Below the pieces are notes generated by a model that searched no databases, had not been told where the DNA came from, and saw only the letters and a program-made list of their open reading frames with translations. A stretch of DNA of 64,000 nucleotides from IMG/VR virus record IMGVR_UViG_3300037258_000590, positions 1 through 64,000 of that record; one strand, given 5' to 3'. Below, one piece after another: positions 25,730 through 33,454 of the stretch. Position 1 is the stretch's first letter. The number at the start of each line of letters is the position of its first letter. Made by a program: the position numbers and the translations under genes.

Positions 25730-26047
25730 ATGAGCCCCACCGGAAACTGCGAAGCCTGCTGGCACCTGTGGTCCGTGCACGGCCCGGACGGATGCACGGG
25801 GAAGGTCTACCCGTCGTACTCGCTGACGGGCGAGCCGTGCACGTGCGAGCACACCGGGGCCGCCGTGGTGACTGGTACCTGCACCGGGTGCGACGGCACC
25901 GGCATGGTCTGGGTCGAGACCTGCACCTGCGGATCGGGCATGGACTTCCCGCACGAGCGCTACTGCGGTGCAGAGCAGTGCCCGAACGGCTGCCCGTTCA
26001 ACCCGCCGTCCCTCCTCGCTGCCAAGAACGGTGACGACGACCGATGA
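25730..26047 (+). CDS. Cys-rich multi-zinc-finger protein
   Basis: CEACWH..H..DGC, CTCEH, CTGCDGTG, CTCG, C..EQCPNGC; GGAGAGG SD. Confidence 0.75.
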   Translation: MSPTGNCEACWHLWSVHGPDGCTGKVYPSYSLTGEPCTCEHTGAAVVTGTCTGCDGTGMVWVETCTCGSGMDFPHERYCGAEQCPNGCPFNPPSLLAAKNGDDDR

Positions 26048-26172
26048 CCCCCCTAGACGGCCCCTTCATGACCGCAACCCAGCTCACCGACTACAGCGAC
26101 GAGCCGGGATACGCCATCCCCCCGGCCCCGGTTGCTGACGTTGAGCACGCCGACTACGAAGGAGAGGTGTGA
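26044..26172 (+). CDS. Small acidic protein
   Basis: ATGA coupling; 42 aa. Confidence 0.5.
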   Translation: MTPLDGPFMTATQLTDYSDEPGYAIPPAPVADVEHADYEGEV

Positions 26173-26175
26173 CCG

Positions 26176-26481
26176 GTGCCGATTGACCCGAACCACCCGG
26201 CCGACCCGAACCTGGTTGTTCCGCCCGGCCAGATCAACGAGACCGTCCTCACCTTCAACGAAGGCGGCCAGGACTTCGACATTGACCACCTGGGCATCGG
26301 CTACCCCGACTCGCAGTGGGGCAACTTTGCCGTCTATCGCGGCGCGGAGATGGTGGCCGAGTTCTGCCTGCCCGAGCACGGCCTCAATCCCGAATACCAG
26401 GACCGGTCCCGGTTCTCCGTCACCGATGACGAGTTGGCCGAGCTTGCCCGCGAAGCGGTCGCGGACATGGAACGCGAGTGA
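26176..26481 (+). CDS. Hypothetical acidic protein
   Basis: GGAGAGG SD; a paralogous fragment lies at 27569. Confidence 0.75.
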   Translation: MPIDPNHPADPNLVVPPGQINETVLTFNEGGQDFDIDHLGIGYPDSQWGNFAVYRGAEMVAEFCLPEHGLNPEYQDRSRFSVTDDELAELAREAVADMERE

Positions 26482-26530
26482 GCGCAATGCCCACCCTGGA
26501 GCGCGCAGACTACGAGGAAGGCCCGAACCG

Positions 26531-26857
26531 ATGACCATCCGCATGATCCGCGACCGCCGCGACAATGACGGCCAGATCCGCTACGTCGTCGCCGGGCCCT
26601 GCGGCGCGGTCGAGTACCACGCGCTCCGCAGCGGCGGCCCGCTGGGTATCGAGTATCACTCCCCGCGCCCCCTGCATGATGAGGACCAGGAGCCGTCCCG
26701 GTGCGACATCCTCGAAGGCCCCTGCTACCCGGGCGGGACCAGCACAGGCGCGTCGGTCCTGCACCGCGAGTTCGAGGCGGCCGGAGGCGACGATGAGGTG
26801 ATCTGGCGCGAGCTGGAAGCCCGCTGCCGGGCCTGGGCGCAGAAGGCAGGACAGTGA
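26531..26857 (+). CDS. Hypothetical protein (G.EYHSP.P....C..L..PCY..G)
   Basis: GAGGAAGG SD; GTGA coupling. Confidence 0.75.
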   Translation: MTIRMIRDRRDNDGQIRYVVAGPCGAVEYHALRSGGPLGIEYHSPRPLHDEDQEPSRCDILEGPCYPGGTSTGASVLHREFEAAGGDDEVIWRELEARCRAWAQKAGQ

Positions 26858-27012
26858 CCGGCAGCGGCGGATTCGTCAGGGTGTCACAGCGCGAAGCCGC
26901 CGCGAGCAGCGTGGCGTGGCTAAGTGACGGCCAGCTCAACCACCTGATCTTCGCCTGCCACCAGCTAGCCGACGCGGCATCTGCCGAACTGAACGGGAGA
27001 CAGCCGCGATGA
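26854..27012 (+). CDS. Small hypothetical protein
   Basis: Coupled on both sides. Confidence 0.55.
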   Translation: MTGSGGFVRVSQREAAASSVAWLSDGQLNHLIFACHQLADAASAELNGRQPR

Positions 27013-27443
27013 CTGAGCGCATCCGCTGGGCCGACGAGATCGTAAACGGCCACCCCGTCACCGCTGGCTACGTCGGCACTCTCACCGAGGCGGCGTTCCG
27101 GCTCTACGGGCCCGAGGGCGCTGACCGTCAGTGGCTCCTCGCGACCCGGCTCATCGCGGGCACTGAATTCCTCCCCGCCGACAAACCGGACGAGCTAAAG
27201 GCCGAGGCCGAACGCTTGCTGGCCGCGCTCGTCTCTTCCCTCGGTGCGATCTTCCCGACCGAGCCCGATGAGTCGACGGCATTCCAGGTGAGCGAGGCTC
27301 GCGACGTGCTGGCCCACTGGGACGCGATGCGCCACGACGACGACGGCAGGATCTACGACCGGGAGCGGGTGCTCGCGGATCAGGTACGCGGACTGCTCGC
27401 CATCATCGACCAGGCCGGCCCGCTCAAGGAGACTGACCGATGA
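27009..27443 (+). CDS. Hypothetical protein
   Basis: GGGAG SD; ATGA coupling. Confidence 0.75.
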   Translation: MTERIRWADEIVNGHPVTAGYVGTLTEAAFRLYGPEGADRQWLLATRLIAGTEFLPADKPDELKAEAERLLAALVSSLGAIFPTEPDESTAFQVSEARDVLAHWDAMRHDDDGRIYDRERVLADQVRGLLAIIDQAGPLKETDR

Positions 27444-27565
27444 CCGGAACCCGCTTCACCCAGCACCAGGACGTGCGCGAGACGGGGCACCCGGTGGAAG
27501 TCAAGACCATCTCAGCGACGGTGTACGCCTTGGAGCCCGCCCCCACGGCGGCTGGAGAGGAATAG
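27440..27565 (+). CDS. Small hypothetical protein
   Basis: AAGGAG SD; ATGA coupling; 41 aa. Confidence 0.45.
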   Translation: MTGTRFTQHQDVRETGHPVEVKTISATVYALEPAPTAAGEE

Positions 27566-27568
27566 AGC

Positions 27569-27682
27569 ATGCCTGACGAGACGATCGCCACCTACACCAA
27601 CGGCGGCCAGGCCTTCGAGATCGACCACCAAGGTCCGCGAGGCCATCACCCGCATCCTGACCGGAAAGGGTGGCGACGATGA
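27569..27682 (+). pseudogene. Truncated paralogue of the 26176 gene fused to an out-of-frame 3' end
   Basis: ETIATYTNGGQAFEIDH versus ETVLTFNEGGQDFDIDH; similarity stops abruptly. Confidence 0.55.
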
Positions 27683-27969
27683 GCACTGACGAACCTGCCG
27701 CCATCTTGGCCGGGATCAAGGAACGCTACGCCAAGACCGGGGGCGGCTACTCGTCCAACCCCGGCGATTACATCCGCAGCGCCGAAGACGTGCCGTATCT
27801 CCTCGCTGCCGTTAAGGCCGCGCTGGCTCACCACGTCGAAGCCGTGATCGACGTCGCCCGGCCCAGGTTCCATTACTGCCAGACCTGCTCCGGCCATCCC
27901 GCGTGGCCGTGTCCTGAAGTCCGGGACATCCGGGCGGCACTAGCCGGGGAGGAGGCTGGCGATGCCTAG
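27679..27969 (+). CDS. Hypothetical protein with C..C....WPC motif
   Basis: ATGA coupling; YCQTCSGHPAWPCPE. Confidence 0.75.
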   Translation: MSTDEPAAILAGIKERYAKTGGGYSSNPGDYIRSAEDVPYLLAAVKAALAHHVEAVIDVARPRFHYCQTCSGHPAWPCPEVRDIRAALAGEEAGDA

Positions 27970-28252
27970 ATGGCGCGACAAATTCACCACTGAGGGGATC
28001 CACCTGCGCACCCTCAGCGAGGTGAAGGGCGGCGATCCCGTGATCGTCCGCGATGCAGGGGGCGAGTTCCTTCCCCGTGTCGCCACGACCGGCGTCATCA
28101 GGGGCGGCAGCTTCCTTGTGGTCTGGGTAGCCCGCAGCGAGGAGATAGCCGGGGCGCTGCGCGAGGGGGATGTGCCCGAGCAGGTCCCGTGGCCTGCCAC
28201 TGACGTCTGGGTGCCGGGCGAGGAGCCGAAGAAGGACAGTAGCGATGAGTAA
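27962..28252 (+). CDS. Hypothetical protein
   Basis: GGAGGAGG SD. Confidence 0.7.
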   Translation: MPRWRDKFTTEGIHLRTLSEVKGGDPVIVRDAGGEFLPRVATTGVIRGGSFLVVWVARSEEIAGALREGDVPEQVPWPATDVWVPGEEPKKDSSDE

Positions 28253-28302
28253 GACCGAGGAGGCTGGGGACGGGTGAGCTTCGTCCGGCTCAACGCCCTG
28301 GT

Positions 28303-28890
28303 TCACCAGTTGACGTGCAGGTAGAAACTGGGCGCGGACCAGGCGTCATCATGCCACCCGACCCGCGTACCCGTGTGCTGGGCGCCGAATGTGGTTGCCC
28401 GCCATTTCGTCACGATCTCCACGTGGTAGGGCGCGGATACCGGGCCCCACAACGCCAGGTCGCCGCGCCGCGGGTGATAGGTGATGGTGAACCGGGTGCC
28501 GATCTCGGCTGCGATGTCATAGGTGTCCCGCGGCCAGTTCTTCAGCCCGATCGACGTGGCCGACCAGGCGACCAGGCCCGAGCAGTCAAAATACGACGGG
28601 CCGGCCGCGCCGTAGACGTACCAGTCCCCGGTCCGGGTCTCGGCCCGGTCCAGGATCCGCTGGCCCACCGAGATCGCAGTGGCTTTCGAGTCCGCGGTGG
28701 CCATGGTTTTCGCGCTCATGGCGGCTATGGCCTGCGTACTCGTGGCGGCTATGATCTGCGTACTCGTGGCGGCTATGGTCTGCGTACTCGTAGCGGCCAG
28801 GGCCGGCAGAGCAGACAGCGCTGAGCCAGCGGCGAGCAGTGCGGCCAGGATCACGATGAATGCGCCGAGACGGCGCAAGGCGGCGGCCAT
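28303..28890 (-). CDS. Secreted NlpC/P60 (C40) cell-wall peptidase
   Basis: Signal peptide; YVYGAAGPSYFDCSGLV, PRDT, RRGDL, HVEI; TGATG coupling. Confidence 0.9.
   Translation of the reverse strand: MAAALRRLGAFIVILAALLAAGSALSALPALAATSTQTIAATSTQIIAATSTQAIAAMSAKTMATADSKATAISVGQRILDRAETRTGDWYVYGAAGPSYFDCSGLVAWSATSIGLKNWPRDTYDIAAEIGTRFTITYHPRRGDLALWGPVSAPYHVEIVTKWRATTFGAQHTGTRVGWHDDAWSAPSFYLHVNW
28721..28797 (-). repeat. Three 24-bp coding repeats (AATSTQxI) in the NlpC/P60 linker
   Basis: Direct repeat GCGGCTATGxxCTGCGTACTCGTR. Confidence 0.85.
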
Positions 28891-29765
28891 CACACGCAGT
28901 CGTACTTGGTGGACCACGGATTCCAGTTGGTGCCGTCGCTGCTCATCGCGACTGCGCGGCGCACGTTGGCGTACGGGTTGAGCATCGCGTAGCCGCCCGC
29001 GTGGATCTGCCACAGTCCCCAGTCATCGGTGGGGGAGATCGCCGCCGGGTTCCCGCCCGACTCGTGCTCGGCGATGCAGGCAGCGACCGCTGCGGTTGAC
29101 CGCGAACCGCCCGCGCTCTCCCACAAGGCTTCCAGGCCCGTGTAGGAGAAGACGCCACCGTGGTACGCGGCCGGATTCTCCGACCGGTGGGAAGAACGAG
29201 CAGCGGCGCTCACGTGCGCAGCGAGCTGGACGGCTGGCGCCCGTTTCGGCAGCGGAGCCCGGTCCAGCATCCCGGGCACGTACGCGCACGCGAGGTACAG
29301 ATGCTGTCCGGCGGTCAGGTCGTTCGCGTTCCAGGCCGTCCACCCGCGGGCCCGGCTGGCGGCGTAGATGCCGGTCCAGTCCCGGGATGCCCCGCAGTAG
29401 CGTGCAGCGATCGCGCTGGCCGAATCGCCGGCTCGCACGGTGTAGACCCTGGCCGCGGCAGCTTCCCGGGCCTTCATGACGGTCAGGGCCGTGCGCGCGA
29501 GGACGCTCTTGTCCTGGCTGGCTCCTCCGGTGGCCGCCGAGGCGCCCGCAGCCGCGACCGCGGCGTCCTGGCTGGTCAGCGCAAATGTGAGCGGCTGCGC
29601 TGATGCTGAGGTAAACGCCCCCAGCAATCCCGCCAGCGCGATGGCGACAGCGGCAAGTGCGGTACCCGCGATGACGTAGGACACCCGGCGGGGCCCGGTC
29701 AGGGGCTGTATGTGACGGCCGTGACGGAGGGCGTGCAGAGGGCGTCTAGGAGCGCGATGGCGCAT
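28890..29765 (-). CDS. Exported LysM plus lysozyme-like (SLT/Rpf-type) transglycosylase
   Basis: TM/signal segment; YTVRAGDSASAIA...L..GQ.L (LysM); IAEHESGGNPAA..P...GLWQI (catalytic Glu). Confidence 0.88.
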   Translation of the reverse strand: MRHRAPRRPLHALRHGRHIQPLTGPRRVSYVIAGTALAAVAIALAGLLGAFTSASAQPLTFALTSQDAAVAAAGASAATGGASQDKSVLARTALTVMKAREAAAARVYTVRAGDSASAIAARYCGASRDWTGIYAASRARGWTAWNANDLTAGQHLYLACAYVPGMLDRAPLPKRAPAVQLAAHVSAAARSSHRSENPAAYHGGVFSYTGLEALWESAGGSRSTAAVAACIAEHESGGNPAAISPTDDWGLWQIHAGGYAMLNPYANVRRAVAMSSDGTNWNPWSTKYDCV

Positions 29766-29871
29766 GTGATCTCCCGGCAGTGGCGGCGGACCAGGGAATC
29801 CTGGCATCGCCGGGGATCACCGGACAATAACTGGGGCGCGCCAGTTCCGCTCATGAGCGCGTCACGGCGCG

Positions 29872-30150
29872 TCACCCGCCCCAGGCTTGCGTTGCCATGG
29901 CAGCGGCAATAACGACGGCCGACGCCGTGAGCAGGGTAAACATGACGGCTGTGCTGATGCGGCGCCACCGCGCCGAGATCTCCGCTTCGCTGGCCTCCCG
30001 GAGCCGCCGGAGCACGGTTGACTTGCTCAGACTCAGGAGCTTGGCGATCTCGCCTGTCGCGAAGCCAGCCCTTTTGAGGTAGAGGACGCGCAGCGGCTCG
30101 GTAACCGCTTCAGCGGAAGGGTCGGTACGAGGGTCCGTGGCAGTGGTCAT
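29872..30150 (-). CDS. HTH protein with C-terminal TM helix
   Basis: GFATGEIAKLLSLSKSTVLRRL followed by a hydrophobic helix. Confidence 0.7.
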   Translation of the reverse strand: MTTATDPRTDPSAEAVTEPLRVLYLKRAGFATGEIAKLLSLSKSTVLRRLREASEAEISARWRRISTAVMFTLLTASAVVIAAAMATQAWGG

Positions 30151-30220
30151 GCAGACAGTATTGCCGTACCGCCCGTGAATCTTCCAGCTGTCCGGATTCA
30201 GCCGGGGATGCGCACCGAGG

Positions 30221-30784
30221 TCAGGGCGCCCACAGGTGCTGGTCGTTCCAGGCCCACCAGTCAGCGGGCGTACTGGCCCGTTCGGTGCCTGGGTCAGGGT
30301 GCGGCCAGCCGGCGTTCTCGTACTGCCAGGCGGCCAGCGAACTGCACACCATCTCACCGGGCATCTGCCCGTGAGCAGCAGGCCACGCGTAGATGAGGTT
30401 CAGCGCGTCAGACAGATCGCGCAGGTGAAGGGTGCTGGCGGCGTCTTCGGCGATGCCTGCCCAGTCATAGCCGACGCCGATTGACTTCGCGCAGCTGGCC
30501 AGGAAAGTACTCATGGCCAGCTGGCCGCCTGGCCGCGGCTGAGCGTAATTCCCGCGGGTCCACGGGTTCGCCAGGTACGGGGTGCAGTCCGCGAGACCGA
30601 CGCCGCCAGGCTGCCCCTGGATGCCGGTCCACCGCCCGCGGCTGTCCTGGTGCGTGATGATGATCACATGGTTGGCGACCGCTTCCTGGCCTTCCAGCGC
30701 TTCTCCGGCCCGGATCAGGTTCCCTATCCAGGCTGGCCCGGCCCGGACCGCCAGCACGACTCCAGGTGCGGCTTGCACGATCAT
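30221..30784 (-). CDS. Permuted papain-like amidase (YiiX/YaeF-type NlpC/P60)
   Basis: His before Cys: NHVII...G.GYDW...VCSSLAAW.Y..AG...TPADW. Confidence 0.8.
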   Translation of the reverse strand: MIVQAAPGVVLAVRAGPAWIGNLIRAGEALEGQEAVANHVIIITHQDSRGRWTGIQGQPGGVGLADCTPYLANPWTRGNYAQPRPGGQLAMSTFLASCAKSIGVGYDWAGIAEDAASTLHLRDLSDALNLIYAWPAAHGQMPGEMVCSSLAAWQYENAGWPHPDPGTERASTPADWWAWNDQHLWAP

Positions 30785-31327
30785 GACGCCTCTGCTTCCA
30801 GGATCAGCGCGACAGGCAATACTGCCATCCGGGCCAGGTTGCCTGCCTCGTTCAGCGCGCCGTTATCCGTGTTCCGCAGCGGCCCGGCAGGATCCTCGCA
30901 GGGATCGCACGACGCCCGCTGGGCCCGGGTTCTTGCGCGTGATGAACGCCTGGCCGCCCTGCGGTCACCGGCCACGCTCCTGCCATCAGTGCCGGGCCAG
31001 GCCAGCGCCGCCCCCGCCGCCGCGAGCCATTGGGAGAGCTGGGGCAGCGGGGGCGGGCGCCGCCGCCGGGCGAGGGGACACCCGTGCGGCAGTCAGGCGG
31101 CCCGGCCAGCGGAAGGCGCCCGGGAGATGACGGGCTGGCTGCGGAGCACCGCTGCGGCGCGCTGTCACGCATGCGGTCACCGTGATTCCCTCCCCTGGAA
31201 CTCCAGGCTCTCACCTGGTTCCCGATCATACGCCAGGTCCCCGCGGTTATGCTGGAACTACGGAGCGCCCTGGTTTCCCGGAGCGGGGAGACGTGCGGCC
31301 GGCCACCCAGGTCTCGTACCAGAGGCG

Positions 31328-31627
31328 GTGAAGGTGGGGCGGTGGCGTTGGACCGGCGTCGCGGCGTTCCTCGATCAGTGGATCATAATCAAGGACATCA
31401 TCCTCACCGCGGGCGGCCTGACCCTGATCATGGTCGAGGTTTTCGCGATTCAGGAACCATCGGACGCGGTTATTATCACCGGGCTCGCTATGAGCGGAAT
31501 TGGCGCAAGCTTTCACGTGGGCGCAATTCTTGGCGGGTTTATTGGGAAATCTTCTGGATCTTCTCCGCCACATGGATCTGGGGCATCGCAGCCTTCTACT
31601 TCGCAGGAGCATTCCGGTGACAGATGA
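31328..31627 (+). CDS. Two-TM membrane protein, holin-like
   Basis: Two hydrophobic helices and a polar Ser-rich tail; the upstream part of the 30650 ORF looks like shadow frame. Confidence 0.65.
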   Translation: MKVGRWRWTGVAAFLDQWIIIKDIILTAGGLTLIMVEVFAIQEPSDAVIITGLAMSGIGASFHVGAILGGFIGKSSGSSPPHGSGASQPSTSQEHSGDR

Positions 31628-32084
31628 GGTGGAGAGCAGCGATGCGGCACCACAGGATACCAGAAGTGCTGCGCCCAGGCCTGCGGTTACGGATGGTGCG
31701 CGCCAGGCTATCCGCCGGGTTCTCGGGGCTCTTGTCGTGCTGTTCGTCGTCAGTTTCGCGATTGGCGCCGGCAACGTGCTGTTCACGACGAGCCAGGTCC
31801 ACCAGGCCGGGCAGAACACCCTGGGCGTTCAGCGAGCTAATGCCCGGCTGCAGATGATCATCGCCCGGCAGGAGCAGCAGATCCGCGCGGACTGCGATTT
31901 CTACGGGGACCTGGCTGGCCTGCCGCTGGCTGACGCCGCGAACGGGTATCCGTCAGAACTCGGGGTCAAGATCATCTCTGACACCCGGGCGGCCTGGCAC
32001 GGTCATGGCTGCGCGGGAAAACTGGCGCCGCCCGATCCGACCTTCGTTGCCGGAGCGCACCATTACCGCTTGCCGGTGAACTGA
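31617..32084 (+). CDS. Single-TM protein with coiled coil and Cys pair
   Basis: AGGAG SD before GTG 31617; TM then QRANARLQMIIARQEQQ; C...C. Confidence 0.7.
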   Translation: MTDEVESSDAAPQDTRSAAPRPAVTDGARQAIRRVLGALVVLFVVSFAIGAGNVLFTTSQVHQAGQNTLGVQRANARLQMIIARQEQQIRADCDFYGDLAGLPLADAANGYPSELGVKIISDTRAAWHGHGCAGKLAPPDPTFVAGAHHYRLPVN

Positions 32085-32134
32085 GCTGCCCGCTGGGCTT
32101 ATACCGTGAATTCTAACGGCAACACACAGCTTAG

Positions 32135-32593
32135 CTACCAACTAGAAGCGTTTACTCCGACCGAGCCCGTAGCGAACTGTACCGTGTCGCCGTTAGCCAC
32201 CCCGGTGATGCTGGACGTGAGCGCGCCCTGCAGGCGGCGCAGCGGGGTCCCGGCGGTGTCCCAGATCTCGATTGCGGTGATGGTGGCCCAGTTTCCGGTG
32301 GCGCTCCAGCTGACCGCGTTGGTATTGGTCTGCTGACCGCCAGACGGGGCGCCGCAGAACTGCGAGCCGAGCGAGGAGCCGCCCGCGGTGTACCCGGGGC
32401 AGTTCCCGGACGTCGCCTCGGTGCCATTGGAGGTATTACTGCCCTGGCTGGTCATCAGCCGCAGGTGATACGGCGGCGTGAACGCGAACGCCGAGCCGCC
32501 GGAAGTCCCCGGCGTGACGGTGAATGTGGTGGTAGAGGAGAACATGGCCTGCAGCAGCGCGTTAACCAGGTTCTGGTCCGTCATGTTCGCCAT
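32135..32593 (-). CDS. Small beta-rich virion structural protein (paralogue of 62716)
   Basis: HLRLMT...GTE...GYTAGG...N.NA.SW...TI.AIEIWD...LRR..GAL...I..V.NGDT.QF. Confidence 0.8.
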   Translation of the reverse strand: MANMTDQNLVNALLQAMFSSTTTFTVTPGTSGGSAFAFTPPYHLRLMTSQGSNTSNGTEATSGNCPGYTAGGSSLGSQFCGAPSGGQQTNTNAVSWSATGNWATITAIEIWDTAGTPLRRLQGALTSSITGVANGDTVQFATGSVGVNASSW

Positions 32594-32594
32594 G

Positions 32595-32855
32595 TCAGTT
32601 CAGCCCTGACAGCGCGGCCGGGATGACGAAAGTGATGTTGCCGAGGAAGGTAACCGGCCGGCAGACCGTGCAGCCCGGCGGTTTCGGCCGCGGCGGCCCG
32701 GTCCAGCAGGGCTCGTCGTGCTCGCGCAGGCACGTGTTGGCGTTCTCGCCGTGGTGATGGTCCCCGTCGCAGCACCGGCACCGCAGGGCGGAGTGCGGGT
32801 CCTGGCCTTCCGGGACGTCCAGCATGAGCTGGCACTGGTTGCACCTGACGACCAT
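32595..32855 (-). CDS. Cys/His-rich metal-binding protein (paralogue of 63159)
   Basis: V.C..C...CRCCDGDHHH...AN.C..EH.EPC...CTVCRP. Confidence 0.8.
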   Translation of the reverse strand: MVVRCNQCQLMLDVPEGQDPHSALRCRCCDGDHHHGENANTCLREHDEPCWTGPPRPKPPGCTVCRPVTFLGNITFVIPAALSGLN

Positions 32856-32863
32856 CAGCGCGA

Positions 32864-32899
32864 GGCCTTCCGGGAGAATTCCTCCCGGCTCATCCGCTC
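32864..32899 (-). promoter_or_regulatory. Conserved leader hairpin, copy 1
   Basis: GAGCGGATGAGCCGGGAG-GAATT-CTCCCGGAAGGCC; same element at 63613-63651. Confidence 0.7.
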
Positions 32900-32950
32900 A
32901 GCTCGCGCGCCTGGATGCCTCGGCTACGGTCAAGATTACCCTGCACCCGG

Positions 32951-33442
32951 TCACAAGATGCTGGCTGAGACCAGTGCGGCGTGCATGGTGTTGCACTGAC
33001 TGGCCAGGCTGTTGAACTGGGCGACGAAGTTGTTGTAGTCGCCGGACACCTGGCTGAAATGGAAGTGCGCCTGCAGGTTGTGCTGGTGGTTGTTCAGGCC
33101 GTGCGTGTGCGCGGTGCCGGCACTGGCGGGCCCGGTCGTGTTGTTGTTCGGGTCCCCGGTTGAGTCAGGCTGCGGGCTGCCGGTCTGGGTCTGGGACAAG
33201 TTGCTCGCGGACTGGGAGAAGGGGGCTGTCGTGCCCTGCTGGCTTTGCATCTTGCCGGCCCGGGTCTCCAGGTTGGCGGTGCGCTTCTCGGTGGAGTACG
33301 CCTTGGATGTATTCGCCGCGCTGACCGCGAGGGCCTGGAGCAGCGTGGTGAACAGCTCCAGCGTGCGGGCTTCGCGGCGTAGTGCCCGGGGCAGCAGCCG
33401 GATGGCGGCCAGCGCGATGAGGACCAGGATTACCCTGCGCAT
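32951..33442 (-). CDS. Minor tail-region protein with coiled-coil C-terminus
   Basis: AGGAG SD; in the tail operon. Confidence 0.75.
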   Translation of the reverse strand: MRRVILVLIALAAIRLLPRALRREARTLELFTTLLQALAVSAANTSKAYSTEKRTANLETRAGKMQSQQGTTAPFSQSASNLSQTQTGSPQPDSTGDPNNNTTGPASAGTAHTHGLNNHQHNLQAHFHFSQVSGDYNNFVAQFNSLASQCNTMHAALVSASIL

Positions 33443-33454
33443 GTCAGTGGCTCC

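Noticed and set aside
28245-28324. Tiny ORFs at the convergence of early and cell-wall blocks
   Set aside because: 10 and 16 codons with no support beyond overlap pattern; possibly deletion scars.
30785-31327. Genes in the gap between the permuted amidase and the holin-like gene (30781-30975, 30852-31229, 30986-31180, 5' part of 30650-31627)
   Set aside because: Several overlapping low-complexity ORFs with no motif or clear codon bias; I could not choose among them.
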